Below are positions 17,771 through 27,142 of a DNA stretch of 32,000 bases, piece after piece. Under the pieces are notes generated by a model, which was given only the letters and a program-made list of their open reading frames with translations, was not told the origin of the DNA and did no database searches. Position 1 is the stretch's first letter, and every line of letters starts with the position of its first letter. Position numbers and translations under genes: made by a program. This DNA is from Methanothermus fervidus DSM 2088 (GTDB taxonomy: Archaea > Methanobacteriota > Methanobacteria > DSM-2088 > Methanothermaceae), in the NCBI GenBank assembly GCA_000166095.1, contig CP002278.1, positions 330,001-362,000 on the forward strand, written 5' to 3'.

Positions 17771-18363
17771 TATTTCACCAATTCTACAAAGTTATTTAAT
17801 ATTTTTAATCCTAATGTTCCACTTTTTTCAGGGTGAAATTGTGTAGCATAGATATTTTTATGACAAATAACTGCAGGTATCTCAGAACCATGATAAGTAG
17901 TTGCAGCTACAACATTCCAATCTTTAGGTTTTGCATAATAAGAATGAGCAAAATAAAAATAACCATCTTTTATGTCATTTAACAATGGACATTCTTTTTT
18001 TATTTTAATTTTGTTCCATCCCATATGAGGTACTTTTTCAGCTGACAACCTTACAACCTTACCAGGAATAATATTTAATCCCATTACACCAGGACTTTCC
18101 TCACTTTCTGTAAATAATATTTGTAATCCCAAACATATTCCTAATATTGGTTTTCCATCCTCAACATGCTCTATTATTATATCTTTGAAAGGTTCTATAT
18201 TTACCATGGCTTTTTTAAAGGCCCCTACACCAGGAATTATCAATACATCTGCAGTTTTCAATATTTCTTTATCATTTGTTACATTAACATTGACTCCAAT
18301 ATTTTTAAAGGCATTCATAATACTTCTTAAATTTCCACTACCATAATCTACCACTGCAATCAT
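17770..18363 (-). CDS. hisH: Imidazole glycerol phosphate synthase, glutamine amidotransferase subunit
   Basis: 197 aa. 'VVDYGSGNLRSI', 'PGVGAF', 'GICLGLQ', 'VPHMGWN', 'FYFAHSYY' and 'TQFHPEKSG'. Confidence 0.9.
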   Translation of the reverse strand: MIAVVDYGSGNLRSIMNAFKNIGVNVNVTNDKEILKTADVLIIPGVGAFKKAMVNIEPFKDIIIEHVEDGKPILGICLGLQILFTESEESPGVMGLNIIPGKVVRLSAEKVPHMGWNKIKIKKECPLLNDIKDGYFYFAHSYYAKPKDWNVVAATTYHGSEIPAVICHKNIYATQFHPEKSGTLGLKILNNFVELVK

Positions 18364-18365
18364 TG

Positions 18366-19373
18366 CTATCTCACATCGTAATAATCTTTTATACGGACAG
18401 TATCCTTAAGATGTGGAGTTGAAACTTCATATATTTTTAAATTCTCTGTAGCAACTATTGAATGAGGAGTCTTAGGAGGTATATGTATTGTATCATTCTT
18501 ACTAAAGTATTGTTTCTTATCTTCGAATTCTATATAACCAGAACCTTTAACAATGAACATTGTCTCATCTTTCTTTTCATGATAATGGAAGGAAGTCCTA
18601 TAATCTTCTTTTATGAATAATTCTTTTGTTAAGTATTTCTTTGTTTTAATCAGTATTTTTTCATATCCCCAAGGTTTGTCTGTCCTATTTTCATATTCTT
18701 TACGAATTTCTTCTAAATCTTTAGAAGTATCTACTGACATCCAAAATGTGTCATCCTCTTTATAATATCCTAATTTGTTTTCACGGGCTAATTTTGGAAA
18801 CAATGTTTTTTCAATATCTCCTTTTTCAAATTCTTCAAAATCTAACTTTTCCTTCACAAAATAAATACCACCATTTATATAATATTTTAAATAAGGTTTT
18901 TCTTTAAATGAAGTTATGCGATCTCCTGTAATTTCAACTATTCCATATGGGGATTTCATTTTAGTAATAAAAATTGTTAAAGGATAATCAGAATTTCTTC
19001 CCATTTCTATCATTTTTTTAAGATTTAAATCTGCTACAACATCACCATTTCTTATTACACACTCAACATCATCTTCCACATGTTCCATTCCTAATCTAAT
19101 TGCATTTAATGTTCCTAATGGTTTTTCTTCTTCCACATATTCAAGTTTTACACCTTTGTATTCGTCACCATATCTTTCCTTAATTTTTTCACTTAAAAAA
19201 CCTGTTAATAAATAAACTTTATCAATTCCAGCACTTTTAAAATCAAAAAGTTGTTTATCAAGAATTGTATATCCGTCTTTTATTTCTATCAAAGGTTTAG
19301 GAATACGTTCTGTTATTGGCCTCAATCTTTTACCATACCCACCACATAATATCATTCCAACAGGAGATTTCAT
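18366..19373 (-). CDS. Sugar-phosphate nucleotidyltransferase with a C-terminal cupin domain (mannose-1-phosphate guanylyltransferase-like)
   Basis: 335 aa. '[21 protein letters not shown]' NTP-transferase motif. C-terminal '[23 protein letters not shown]...HIPPKTPHS' cupin motifs. ATGA overlap with cfbD. Confidence 0.8.
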   Translation of the reverse strand: MKSPVGMILCGGYGKRLRPITERIPKPLIEIKDGYTILDKQLFDFKSAGIDKVYLLTGFLSEKIKERYGDEYKGVKLEYVEEEKPLGTLNAIRLGMEHVEDDVECVIRNGDVVADLNLKKMIEMGRNSDYPLTIFITKMKSPYGIVEITGDRITSFKEKPYLKYYINGGIYFVKEKLDFEEFEKGDIEKTLFPKLARENKLGYYKEDDTFWMSVDTSKDLEEIRKEYENRTDKPWGYEKILIKTKKYLTKELFIKEDYRTSFHYHEKKDETMFIVKGSGYIEFEDKKQYFSKNDTIHIPPKTPHSIVATENLKIYEVSTPHLKDTVRIKDYYDVR

Positions 19374-20437
19374 GATATCTCACTCCTTATTATATTTCCA
19401 AATTCAGAATTTACAATCCTTCTTTTACCTAAAGTTTTCGCATGAGCATCTAACTCCAAAACTACATATTTATAACCAATATTTTTAAGAGGTTCTACAA
19501 GTCTTGGACCGTCAGTAACTGCTACCATTTCAATATTATTGTATTTTTCAATTGGGAGTGCATGAGGTATTCCCGAAACAACTGCAAAATCTATTTCTTC
19601 CTTTTCAAGTATTTCCATGGCTTTTTTCCCTGTGACAGGATATTCATCTAACCCTCCTGTTATATAGTTAATATTGACTCCATTATCTTTTAATTCTTTT
19701 TTAATATTTTTCGCATGATTTCTTATTCTTGGAAGACCAATGTTTTCATCAAGATTAGCAATTACTACTGGATTTCCATTTAATTTTGAATAGGGTAATC
19801 TTAATACATCTGCAAATAAATATGCAGTTTCCTTTTTTGCATTTAAAACCATTGCAACCTTTTTTCCATTTTTAAATGCATTTATAACTATTTTAGCTAC
19901 CTTTTTTTTATTATCTCCTTCCAACGGAGGAATATACTTTCCTTGTGCCATCCCTCTAGTTTTTTCAATAGCAGTTGCCATTCTAAGCATTTTTATTTGT
20001 CTTCTAGCTTCATCCTCAGATATTAATCTTTCTTTAGCTGCAACCTCTAATACTGCTATCGCTCCTTCAGTATTATCCCCTTCACCAAAACCTCCATGAG
20101 ATTCTACTATTAAAACCTTTGCAGGAACTTTAGCATTTTCCACAGCTCTTTTAAGGTTTTCACCAATAATCATGCTGGCGCAAGTACCAACTACACCAAT
20201 AAGTTTTGGTGAAAACATCTTATAAGCTTTTTTAAGTGTTTTCGTGAGTTTTTCTTCTGCTCCAAATACAAAATCTTTTTCTGACATGCCTGTTGTTACA
20301 ACTCTTACACCATCTTGTTCCAACAATCTTGCAGTCCTAAAACAGCAACCTTTAGGTCCATGTAAAACTATTAAATCAACATCTAAGTCCCGGAGTGTGT
20401 AAAGTGCAGCTGCAATTGGACTAGGTCTGGGATGCAA
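19370..20437 (-). CDS. cfbD: Ni-sirohydrochlorin a,c-diamide reductive cyclase subunit CfbD (nitrogenase NifD/K-like NflD), coenzyme F430 biosynthesis
   Basis: 355 aa. '[38 protein letters not shown]...[12 protein letters not shown]' is the NflD/CfbD pattern. TTG start preceded by GAGGTGA. Confidence 0.8.
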   Translation of the reverse strand: MHPRPSPIAAALYTLRDLDVDLIVLHGPKGCCFRTARLLEQDGVRVVTTGMSEKDFVFGAEEKLTKTLKKAYKMFSPKLIGVVGTCASMIIGENLKRAVENAKVPAKVLIVESHGGFGEGDNTEGAIAVLEVAAKERLISEDEARRQIKMLRMATAIEKTRGMAQGKYIPPLEGDNKKKVAKIVINAFKNGKKVAMVLNAKKETAYLFADVLRLPYSKLNGNPVVIANLDENIGLPRIRNHAKNIKKELKDNGVNINYITGGLDEYPVTGKKAMEILEKEEIDFAVVSGIPHALPIEKYNNIEMVAVTDGPRLVEPLKNIGYKYVVLELDAHAKTLGKRRIVNSEFGNIIRSEIS

Positions 20438-20458
20438 ATATTCACCTCAACTCCTCAA

Positions 20459-21340
20459 TTACCAACCTCTTTCTTGCATACGATCTGATTCAGGTATCTC
20501 ACTTATTTCTATACCAGGCATTGCTTCACCAAGTCCTCTTGATACTTCTAATAACACTTCAGGATTATCATAATTTGCAACAGCTTCCACTATAGCTTTT
20601 GCATATGCTTCTGGATTTTTAGATTTAAATATTCCAGATCCAACAAACACGCCATCTGCTCCTAATTGCATCATTAATGCAGCATCAGCTGGTGTAGCAA
20701 TACCTCCAGCAGCAAAATTTACAACTGGTAATCTACCTAACTCAGCCGTCTCTTTTACTAACTCAAATGGGGCTTCAATTTTCCTACTGTATTCCCATAA
20801 CTCTTCTTCATCTTTATTCATTATTTCTCTAATTTGTCCCATAATTATTCTCATATGTCTTACAGCTTCTACAACATTTCCTGTGCCTGCTTCACCTTTA
20901 GTTCTTATCATTGCAGCTCCTTCAGCTATACGTCTCAATGCTTCCCCAAGGTTTCTTGCACCACAAACAAAAGGTACTTTAAATTTTCTTTTATCTATAT
21001 GGAATCTTTCATCAGCCGGTGTTAAAACTTCACTCTCATCGATCATGTCAACCCCTAATGCTTCCAGTATTTGTGCTTCAACAAAATGTCCAATTCTTAC
21101 TTTTGCCATCACAGGAATTGAAACAGCATCCATTATTTCTTCAATTTTATTTGGATCTGCCATTCTTGCTACTCCTTTGCTAGCCCTTATGTCTGCAGGT
21201 ACTTTTTCAAGTGCCATAACTGCAACTGCTCCGGCATCTTCGGCTATCATTGCTTGTTCTGCATTTACAACGTCCATTATCACTCCGCCTTTGACCATTT
21301 TTGCGAATCCTCTTTTGAGTCTCTCAGTTCCATATTTCAT
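20459..21340 (-). CDS. pdxS: Pyridoxal 5'-phosphate synthase, lyase subunit
   Basis: 293 aa, highly conserved PdxS sequence ('[21 protein letters not shown]', '[16 protein letters not shown]', '[30 protein letters not shown]'). GGAGGT RBS. Confidence 0.95.
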   Translation of the reverse strand: MKYGTERLKRGFAKMVKGGVIMDVVNAEQAMIAEDAGAVAVMALEKVPADIRASKGVARMADPNKIEEIMDAVSIPVMAKVRIGHFVEAQILEALGVDMIDESEVLTPADERFHIDKRKFKVPFVCGARNLGEALRRIAEGAAMIRTKGEAGTGNVVEAVRHMRIIMGQIREIMNKDEEELWEYSRKIEAPFELVKETAELGRLPVVNFAAGGIATPADAALMMQLGADGVFVGSGIFKSKNPEAYAKAIVEAVANYDNPEVLLEVSRGLGEAMPGIEISEIPESDRMQERGW

Positions 21341-21403
21341 TTATTTACCTCCATCTTTGTTAAAAAGGGCCTAACTACAATAAAAATTTTATTTAATGGT
21401 TTT

Positions 21404-21412
21404 TATATATAA
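21404..21412 (-). promoter_or_regulatory. Candidate TATA box for pdxS
   Basis: The minus strand reads TTATATATA about 65 nt upstream of the pdxS ATG. Confidence 0.3.
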
Positions 21413-21454
21413 TTTTCACACCAAAACATGTTTCTCATTTTGCATGCATGAAAG

Positions 21455-21463
21455 TTTATATAA
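21455..21463 (+). promoter_or_regulatory. Candidate TATA box for the CpaB-like gene
   Basis: TTTATATAA about 65 nt upstream of the ATG at 21525. Immediately preceded by the palindrome TGCATGCA. Confidence 0.3.
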
Positions 21464-21524
21464 TGAATTTTCTGATACATAATTTGATAGCAAATTATTA
21501 AATTCATCTTCAATAGTGGTCTAA

Positions 21525-22802
21525 ATGTTTGGAAAAAATGATAAAAAGAAAAAAGTTCCTGAACTCAAAAAAAGTGAAAAAAAGGAGGACAGCATTGTAA
21601 AGAGAATAAGAGGATTATTAAAACAAAGATCAAGTGAAGGAGCTGAAAAAAAGCCAAAAAGAACAATGCCCAAGCCAAAACCAAATAAAAAAGTAGATTT
21701 GAGGCCTAAACCATTACCGCCAAGAAGACCACCAACAGGCATTCCTGAGGCAGATAAGAGGACATTAATTGGGGCTGCTGTAATAGCATGTATTATCATC
21801 TTTATTGCTGTATTAGGTTATTGGTTCTTATATTACCAACCATATCAGGAAGCATTGGAAAGTGCAAAAGCTCAAAAAATAGCTGAAGTTAATGCATATT
21901 ATAAGGGACCATTAGCCACAGATCCTAGAAAACAGGCACTTCTTGCACAAATAGAAAGTGCTACTACACCTGAAGAAGTCCTGGCAATTGATGTACTTGG
22001 ACCTGCTACCCAATCTTGGAGAACTTATCAACTTCAACAGATACAGGCAAAAAAAGATATGTTCAATAGAGTAATGATCGTGTATAGTGCAGGGAATCAG
22101 AGTACAACATTGCAAACAATACAAGGTGGAGAAGTTATTATGAGAGTCCCCGATGCGCAAAGATTTGTAAGTCAGGCAGATGCATCAGTATTATCAAATA
22201 TAGAGATACAAACACCAGATACAGTTGCTATACCAATACTTATAAATCGTTTGCAAGCTGCTGGTGGACTTATAGGCGTTGGAAGCAGTGTTGATATATA
22301 TCTAACAAATGTTACAAATATTAGCATGCCTGGAGGTAATGTATCTGCACCAACTAACAAAACAGCTGGAGCAGAATATTCAAGTGATCTTCCTTTAGTT
22401 AGTGGAGCAACAGTTTTAGCTATATTGAGATCAGGAGAAAGTGGAAAATACGATGTAAATCTAACTAGTAGTAAATTTTTATCTTCTCCAGGTTCTTCTG
22501 TTGGTGTTTCAACTTCAAGAGGTGCAAGTGGTGATATTGAAAAGGCATTGCAAGCACTTTCAGCTGGAGGATTAAGTGAAAGTGATGTCTCACAAATATT
22601 ACAACATTATGGAATTAGACTTTCTGAATATGAAAGAGTTTCAAACATAGGTGAATTTAATGCTACTTATTTATTGATTATAGAAGTTCCAAGAAAACAT
22701 GCGCCTGTTATTATGATGAACATGGACAAAATTATGCTAGTGGTGCCAACACAAAAAGCTCCTGAATGGATGGCAGCTGAACTAAAAAAAGTATATAGTT
22801 AA
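21525..22802 (+). CDS. Single-pass membrane protein with an extracellular CpaB/RcpC-like (SAF-type) pilus-assembly domain
   Basis: 425 aa. Basic Lys/Pro-rich N-terminus of about 80 aa, then TM 'LIGAAVIACIIIFIAVLGYWFLYY'. 'VAIPILINRLQAAGGLIGVGSSVDIYLT', 'ATVLAIL' and 'ATYLLIIEVPRKHAPVIMMNMDKIMLVV' resemble the CpaB pattern. At least 7 N-x-S/T sequons. Adjacent to Flp-like pilin genes. Confidence 0.55.
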   Translation: MFGKNDKKKKVPELKKSEKKEDSIVKRIRGLLKQRSSEGAEKKPKRTMPKPKPNKKVDLRPKPLPPRRPPTGIPEADKRTLIGAAVIACIIIFIAVLGYWFLYYQPYQEALESAKAQKIAEVNAYYKGPLATDPRKQALLAQIESATTPEEVLAIDVLGPATQSWRTYQLQQIQAKKDMFNRVMIVYSAGNQSTTLQTIQGGEVIMRVPDAQRFVSQADASVLSNIEIQTPDTVAIPILINRLQAAGGLIGVGSSVDIYLTNVTNISMPGGNVSAPTNKTAGAEYSSDLPLVSGATVLAILRSGESGKYDVNLTSSKFLSSPGSSVGVSTSRGASGDIEKALQALSAGGLSESDVSQILQHYGIRLSEYERVSNIGEFNATYLLIIEVPRKHAPVIMMNMDKIMLVVPTQKAPEWMAAELKKVYS

Positions 22803-22805
22803 ATG

Positions 22806-23000
22806 TTATGGTTGTATCCACTTTAAGGGTCTATTACGCACCTCATTAATATCTTTTTCAGCATTTAATCCAGTTTTTATTGTATTTGTATATGAAACAT
22901 AAACATATAAAAAAACAAGCACTACTCCAAGAGCTCCGCCAATCAATAGCATATATTCAGCTGCACCCTGACCTTTTTCATCTTTAAGGAATTTAAGCAT
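22806..23000 (-). CDS. Small Flp-like / class III signal peptide pilin (64 aa)
   Basis: 'MLKFLKDEKG|QGAAEYMLLIGGALGVVLVFLYVYV' contains the G/XXXXEY prepilin motif followed by a hydrophobic helix. Start trimmed to 23000 by homology with the paralogue. Confidence 0.8.
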   Translation of the reverse strand: MLKFLKDEKGQGAAEYMLLIGGALGVVLVFLYVYVSYTNTIKTGLNAEKDINEVRNRPLKWIQP

Positions 23001-23020
23001 TAAATCCACTTCCAAAAATT
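22928..23020. repeat. Copy A of a near-identical segment of about 95 bp (pilin 5' UTR plus signal peptide and N-terminal helix)
   Basis: Hand alignment with 23186..23280 gives 3 substitutions and 2 single-nt indels. The first 40 nt are identical. Confidence 0.85.
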
Positions 23021-23040
23021 AAAAAAGGAAAAAACAAAAT
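23014..23040 (-). terminator. Oligo-T-rich tract downstream of the first pilin gene
   Basis: The minus strand reads ATTTTGTTTTTTCCTTTTTTAATTTTT between the two pilin genes. It resembles an archaeal oligo-T terminator or attenuator. Confidence 0.35.
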
Positions 23041-23060
23041 AACTGTATATAGTCATGATT

Positions 23061-23258
23061 TTATGGTAGACCTGCCCAGTTTGTGGTTTTACTACGTACA
23101 TTACTTACGTCTGCATTACCTTGTAATACTCCTTTAGCACTGTTCATGTATGTGGTATATATGAATAGAGCAATAAGCACTATTGCAAGAGCTCCGCCAA
23201 TCAATAGCATATATTCAGCTGCACCTTGACCTTTTTCATCTTTAAGGAATTTAAACAT
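23061..23258 (-). CDS. Small Flp-like / class III signal peptide pilin (65 aa)
   Basis: 'MFKFLKDEKG|QGAAEYMLLIGGALAIVLIALFIYT'. GGAGGTGGA RBS. Tandem paralogue of 22806..23000. Confidence 0.85.
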   Translation of the reverse strand: MFKFLKDEKGQGAAEYMLLIGGALAIVLIALFIYTTYMNSAKGVLQGNADVSNVRSKTTNWAGLP

Positions 23259-23280
23259 TAAATTCCACCTCCAAAAAATT
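23186..23280. repeat. Copy B of a near-identical segment of about 95 bp (pilin 5' UTR plus signal peptide and N-terminal helix)
   Basis: See copy A. Identity drops markedly 3' of this block, in the part encoding the variable pilin C-terminus. Confidence 0.85.
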
Positions 23281-23377
23281 ATTTACTAATAACAATTTTG
23301 TATAAATTCTATTTATAAATTTTTTGTTTTTAAGACCTCAAACAAATTAATGGATTTTTTATTGGTGAGGTATAACA

Positions 23378-24943
23378 ATGAAAATACTCATAGTCACAGG
23401 TAAGTTAGCTAGTGATGTCGTTAAATCAAATGTAAAAAATTCAAAACATGAGGTAGATGTTTATACTGTGAATACACCAATTGCAGCATTTTTAACTCCA
23501 GAGAGGATAGCAAAAGAAATAGAAGGTTTAAATTATGACATGGTAATAATTCCGGGATTAGTTAAAGGAAATGCAAAAAAAATAACTGAAAAAACAAATA
23601 TTCCTGCATACAAAGGACCAACAGATGCTGCTGATTTAGGAATTTTATTAGATATAATTAATAAAGTAAAGCTTTCACCAAAAAAGCCTGCAAACAAGTT
23701 AATTGAAGAAGAACAGAAAAAAAGAGCATTGAATTTTATAAAAAAATTTGAAAAAAATGAAAAAATACGAAAGGAATTATTAAAAAAAGATGAAAACATT
23801 TTAGTTGGTAATCTTCCAGTAGGTAGAGATTTTCCAATGAGAGTTTTAGCAGAAATTGCAAATGCACCTTCATTAACAAAAAACGAATTAAAAAGAAAAG
23901 TAGATTATTTTATAAAAAATGGAGCTGACATGATAGATATAGGGATGATTGCTGGTAAAGATTACTCTGATAAGATACCAACACTTATTGAAATTGTAAG
24001 AAAAAGAGCTAGAAAAGTTCCTATTAGCATAGATACATTAAATGTAAATGAAATTGAAACAGCGATAAAATGTGGTATAGATTTAGTACTAAGTCTTGAT
24101 CATGGGAACTACAAAGATGTATTACCTCTTTTAGAGGATAATAACATACCTGCAGTGATATTACCTACAAACTACACTGAAGGATGGGTGCCTGAGAAGC
24201 CAGAAGAAAGAGTAAAATCCTTAGAAAATTTGAAAAAGAAATGTAAAGATATAGATATCATTGCAGATCCAATACTTGATCCTATAAATAGTAAGAGCAT
24301 TGTTGATTCTATATTAGCATGTAAATTATATGCTGATAGAAATCCAGATCCTTTATTCTTTGGTGTTGGCAATGTAACAGAACTTCTAGATGCTGATTCT
24401 GTTGGCGTAAATGCACTTCTTGCTGGTATTGGCATGGAACTAGGAGCGAGTATTCTATTTACACCAGAAGAAAGCGAAAAAACAAGAGGAAGTGTATATG
24501 AGCTTGCTCTATCATCAATAATAATGTTTTTAGCAAAGAAGAGAAAGTCAATTCCTAAAGATTTAGGTGTCAATCTTTTAATTTTTAAAGATAAGCGAAG
24601 GTATGAGATGATAGATGAAAATGTAGATGTACCAGTAATAAAAGCAAAAGGAATGAAAAAATTCATCCCAGACAAAGCAGGAAGCTTTAAAATATCTGTT
24701 AAAGATGATCATATTGAAGTTATTCATTATAAATCTGGAAAACCCACAGTCAAATTTGTTGGAAAAAATTCAAAGAAAATATATGAAGAAATAATCAAAA
24801 GAGGATTAGTAAGTAGACTTGAACATGCAGCATATCTCGGTTCAGAATTACAAAAAGCAGAGATAGCCCTAATTACAGGAAAGAGTTATGTACAGGACAA
24901 AGATTTATTCAAAAAACCTCTGGATTTGAGGGAAAAAAGATGA
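23378..24943 (+). CDS. Dihydropteroate synthase-related (pterin-binding domain) protein, MJ0107-like
   Basis: 521 aa. Central pterin-binding barrel motifs ('GADMIDIG', 'ISIDT', 'FGVGNVTEL'). The long N- and C-terminal extensions are typical of the methanogen DHPS-like family. GGTGAGG RBS. Confidence 0.7.
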   Translation: MKILIVTGKLASDVVKSNVKNSKHEVDVYTVNTPIAAFLTPERIAKEIEGLNYDMVIIPGLVKGNAKKITEKTNIPAYKGPTDAADLGILLDIINKVKLSPKKPANKLIEEEQKKRALNFIKKFEKNEKIRKELLKKDENILVGNLPVGRDFPMRVLAEIANAPSLTKNELKRKVDYFIKNGADMIDIGMIAGKDYSDKIPTLIEIVRKRARKVPISIDTLNVNEIETAIKCGIDLVLSLDHGNYKDVLPLLEDNNIPAVILPTNYTEGWVPEKPEERVKSLENLKKKCKDIDIIADPILDPINSKSIVDSILACKLYADRNPDPLFFGVGNVTELLDADSVGVNALLAGIGMELGASILFTPEESEKTRGSVYELALSSIIMFLAKKRKSIPKDLGVNLLIFKDKRRYEMIDENVDVPVIKAKGMKKFIPDKAGSFKISVKDDHIEVIHYKSGKPTVKFVGKNSKKIYEEIIKRGLVSRLEHAAYLGSELQKAEIALITGKSYVQDKDLFKKPLDLREKR

Positions 24944-25860
24944 GATGTATGAAGTGTGGATCCAAAGATGTAGTTTTTAAAAGGAGATATTCAAGCCAAA
25001 GATTATGTAAGGATTGTTTTATTGAATTTATACAAAAAAAAGTCCTCCGAAACATTAGATTAAATAAACTAATAGAGAAAGGTGATAGAGTTTTAGCAGG
25101 GGTTTCGGGTGGTAAAGATAGTGTAGCAATGCTAGATATTCTTAATATTTTGCATGAGAGAGGAATAATTGAATTAGAAGTTTTAACTGTAGATGAAGGC
25201 ATTAAAAATTATAGAGAAAAAACATTGGAAATTGCAAAATATCATACTAAAAGACTTGGAATTCCACATCACATAGTTAAATTTAAAGATTGTTTTGGAA
25301 TTACATTAGATGAGATAGTATCAAGTAATGTAGAGAGAGGTCCTTGCACATATTGTGGAGTATTCAGGCGTTGGATATTCAACAAAATTGGGAAAAAATT
25401 AGAAGCTGATAAAATAGCCATTGCTCACAATCTTGACGATGAAACAGAGGCAATCTTAATGAATTATCTTGAAGGGAATATAAAAAATTTAATAAGATTG
25501 GGCCCTATAAGTGAGAGTAAAGATTTTTTAACAAAAATAAAACCACTTAGAGAAATACCAGAAAATGAAATAATACTCTACACAAAATTTAAAGGATTGA
25601 AAACATATCTAAAACCTTGCCCTTATGTGAGATATGCATTTAGGAGAGAAATATATAGGTTTATAAAGAGAATTTCCGCAAAACACCCAACAATCAGATA
25701 TTCAATACTTAGAGGCTTTGAAAAAATAAAACCTATATTAAAAGAAAAATTTCAGGAAAAATATACATTTGATACATGTAAAATTTGTGGAGAGCCAGCA
25801 TCAGGAAAAATATGTCAGGCATGCAAATTATGTAAAGAGTTAGGAATAAGCATGAGTTAA
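24940..25860 (+). CDS. PP-loop ATPase, TtuA/Ncs6(NcsA)-like tRNA 2-thiolation protein
   Basis: 306 aa. N- and C-terminal CxxC..CxxC zinc fingers, PP-loop 'GVSGGKDS', and 'CxxCGxxRR' ('CTYCGVFRR'). ATGA overlap with the preceding gene. Confidence 0.8.
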   Translation: MRCMKCGSKDVVFKRRYSSQRLCKDCFIEFIQKKVLRNIRLNKLIEKGDRVLAGVSGGKDSVAMLDILNILHERGIIELEVLTVDEGIKNYREKTLEIAKYHTKRLGIPHHIVKFKDCFGITLDEIVSSNVERGPCTYCGVFRRWIFNKIGKKLEADKIAIAHNLDDETEAILMNYLEGNIKNLIRLGPISESKDFLTKIKPLREIPENEIILYTKFKGLKTYLKPCPYVRYAFRREIYRFIKRISAKHPTIRYSILRGFEKIKPILKEKFQEKYTFDTCKICGEPASGKICQACKLCKELGISMS

Positions 25861-25866
25861 AATTTT

Positions 25867-27138
25867 TTAAGGTTTTTCCACAATTTTACATCCTAACTCC
25901 TTCATAACCTTTACAAAATCTGGAAATGAAATTTTATATGCCTCAGCATTTTTAATTTTAATACCTTTTTTTAAACCCAGGAGTGTTAAAGCCATCACTA
26001 AACGATGATCATTGTGTGAATCCACAATGCCACCTTTAATGTTTCCACCATTAATTATTAAGCCATCATCTAACTCCTTAACTTTTATTCCTAACTTAGA
26101 CAATTCTTTTGCACACATAGCTATCCTATCAGTCTCTTTAAATCTTGCATGTCTGATTCCATATATTTTTGTTCTGCCTTTTGCTGCAGCCCCTAAAACT
26201 GCAACAGTTGGAAGAAGATCTGGAGAATTTTTTAAATTGACATCTATCCCATGAAGTTCTCCATCACTACAAACTATAATTTCATTTTTCTTAATTTTAA
26301 TATCTACTCCCATTTCACTGATTATATCTAAAATTAATTTATCTGCTTGTTTTGAATCTTTAAATAAATTTTTTATACTTACTTTACCTCCTGCTATTGC
26401 AGTTGCACCTACAATATATGATGCTGAAGAAAAATCTCCTTCTATTGAATATTTACAAGATTTATAACCGTTAGGCTCCACATAATAAGTATTTTTTTCT
26501 CTTTCTATTTTAGCGTCAAACTTCTTCATAACTTCAACAGTCATGTCAACATATGGTTTTGATATTAATTCTCCAATAATTTTCAGTTTAAGAGGTTTAG
26601 ATCCATATGGTCCTATAATTAAAAGTGCGGAGATGAATTGTGAACTTATATTTCCCGGTATTTCTGTATATCCACCTTCATACCCTCCTTTAACTATTAT
26701 TGGTGCCCTACCATTATTTCTTGATGAAAAAGCAACTACACCTAAATCCCTAAGTGAATTAAGTAAAGGTTGCATAGGTCTAGATCTTATAGATTTATCC
26801 CCTGTAAGAATTGTATAATACTTTGCTAAACCTGCAACAGCTGTCATGATTCTCAAAGTAGTCCCAGAATTTCCAACATCTATAACATTCTCAGGAGTGA
26901 TAACTTTACCATTAACACCTTTTACAATCCATGCATTTCTTTTTATATCTATTTTCGCTCCAAATGCCTCACATGCTTCAACAGAGGAACATGTATCTTT
27001 TGCAACTAATGGATTTTTAAGGTGAGATATGTTGTCAGCCAAAGAAGCTATTATTACTGCACGATGTGTATAACTTTTAGATGGAGGTGCTTTCACATTG
27101 CCTTCAATTCCCTCTGTTTTTTTAACTATTAAATCCAT
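25867..27138 (-). CDS. aroA: 3-phosphoshikimate 1-carboxyvinyltransferase (EPSP synthase)
   Basis: 423 aa. 'PPSKSYTHRAVIIASLA', 'GNSGTTLR' and 'KETDRI' motifs. Confidence 0.9.
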   Translation of the reverse strand: MDLIVKKTEGIEGNVKAPPSKSYTHRAVIIASLADNISHLKNPLVAKDTCSSVEACEAFGAKIDIKRNAWIVKGVNGKVITPENVIDVGNSGTTLRIMTAVAGLAKYYTILTGDKSIRSRPMQPLLNSLRDLGVVAFSSRNNGRAPIIVKGGYEGGYTEIPGNISSQFISALLIIGPYGSKPLKLKIIGELISKPYVDMTVEVMKKFDAKIEREKNTYYVEPNGYKSCKYSIEGDFSSASYIVGATAIAGGKVSIKNLFKDSKQADKLILDIISEMGVDIKIKKNEIIVCSDGELHGIDVNLKNSPDLLPTVAVLGAAAKGRTKIYGIRHARFKETDRIAMCAKELSKLGIKVKELDDGLIINGGNIKGGIVDSHNDHRLVMALTLLGLKKGIKIKNAEAYKISFPDFVKVMKELGCKIVEKP

Positions 27139-27142
27139 AAAA

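Noticed and set aside
17770-18363. The GATase in the pdxS operon as the missing PdxT glutaminase
   Set aside because: The sequence carries HisH-specific motifs (VDYGSGNLRS, VPHMGWN, FYFAHSYY, TQFHPEKSG), not the PdxT pattern.
20883-21374. 163-aa plus-strand ORF (and 20834..21025) antisense to pdxS
   Set aside because: Fully nested antisense to a very highly conserved gene. The Ser/Ala/Ile-rich low-complexity translation is typical of the mirror frame. No RBS.
24172-25202. Minus-strand ORFs (167 and 97 aa) antisense to the DHPS-like and TtuA-like genes (also 23533..23799)
   Set aside because: Same reasoning: nested antisense, biased composition, no RBS.
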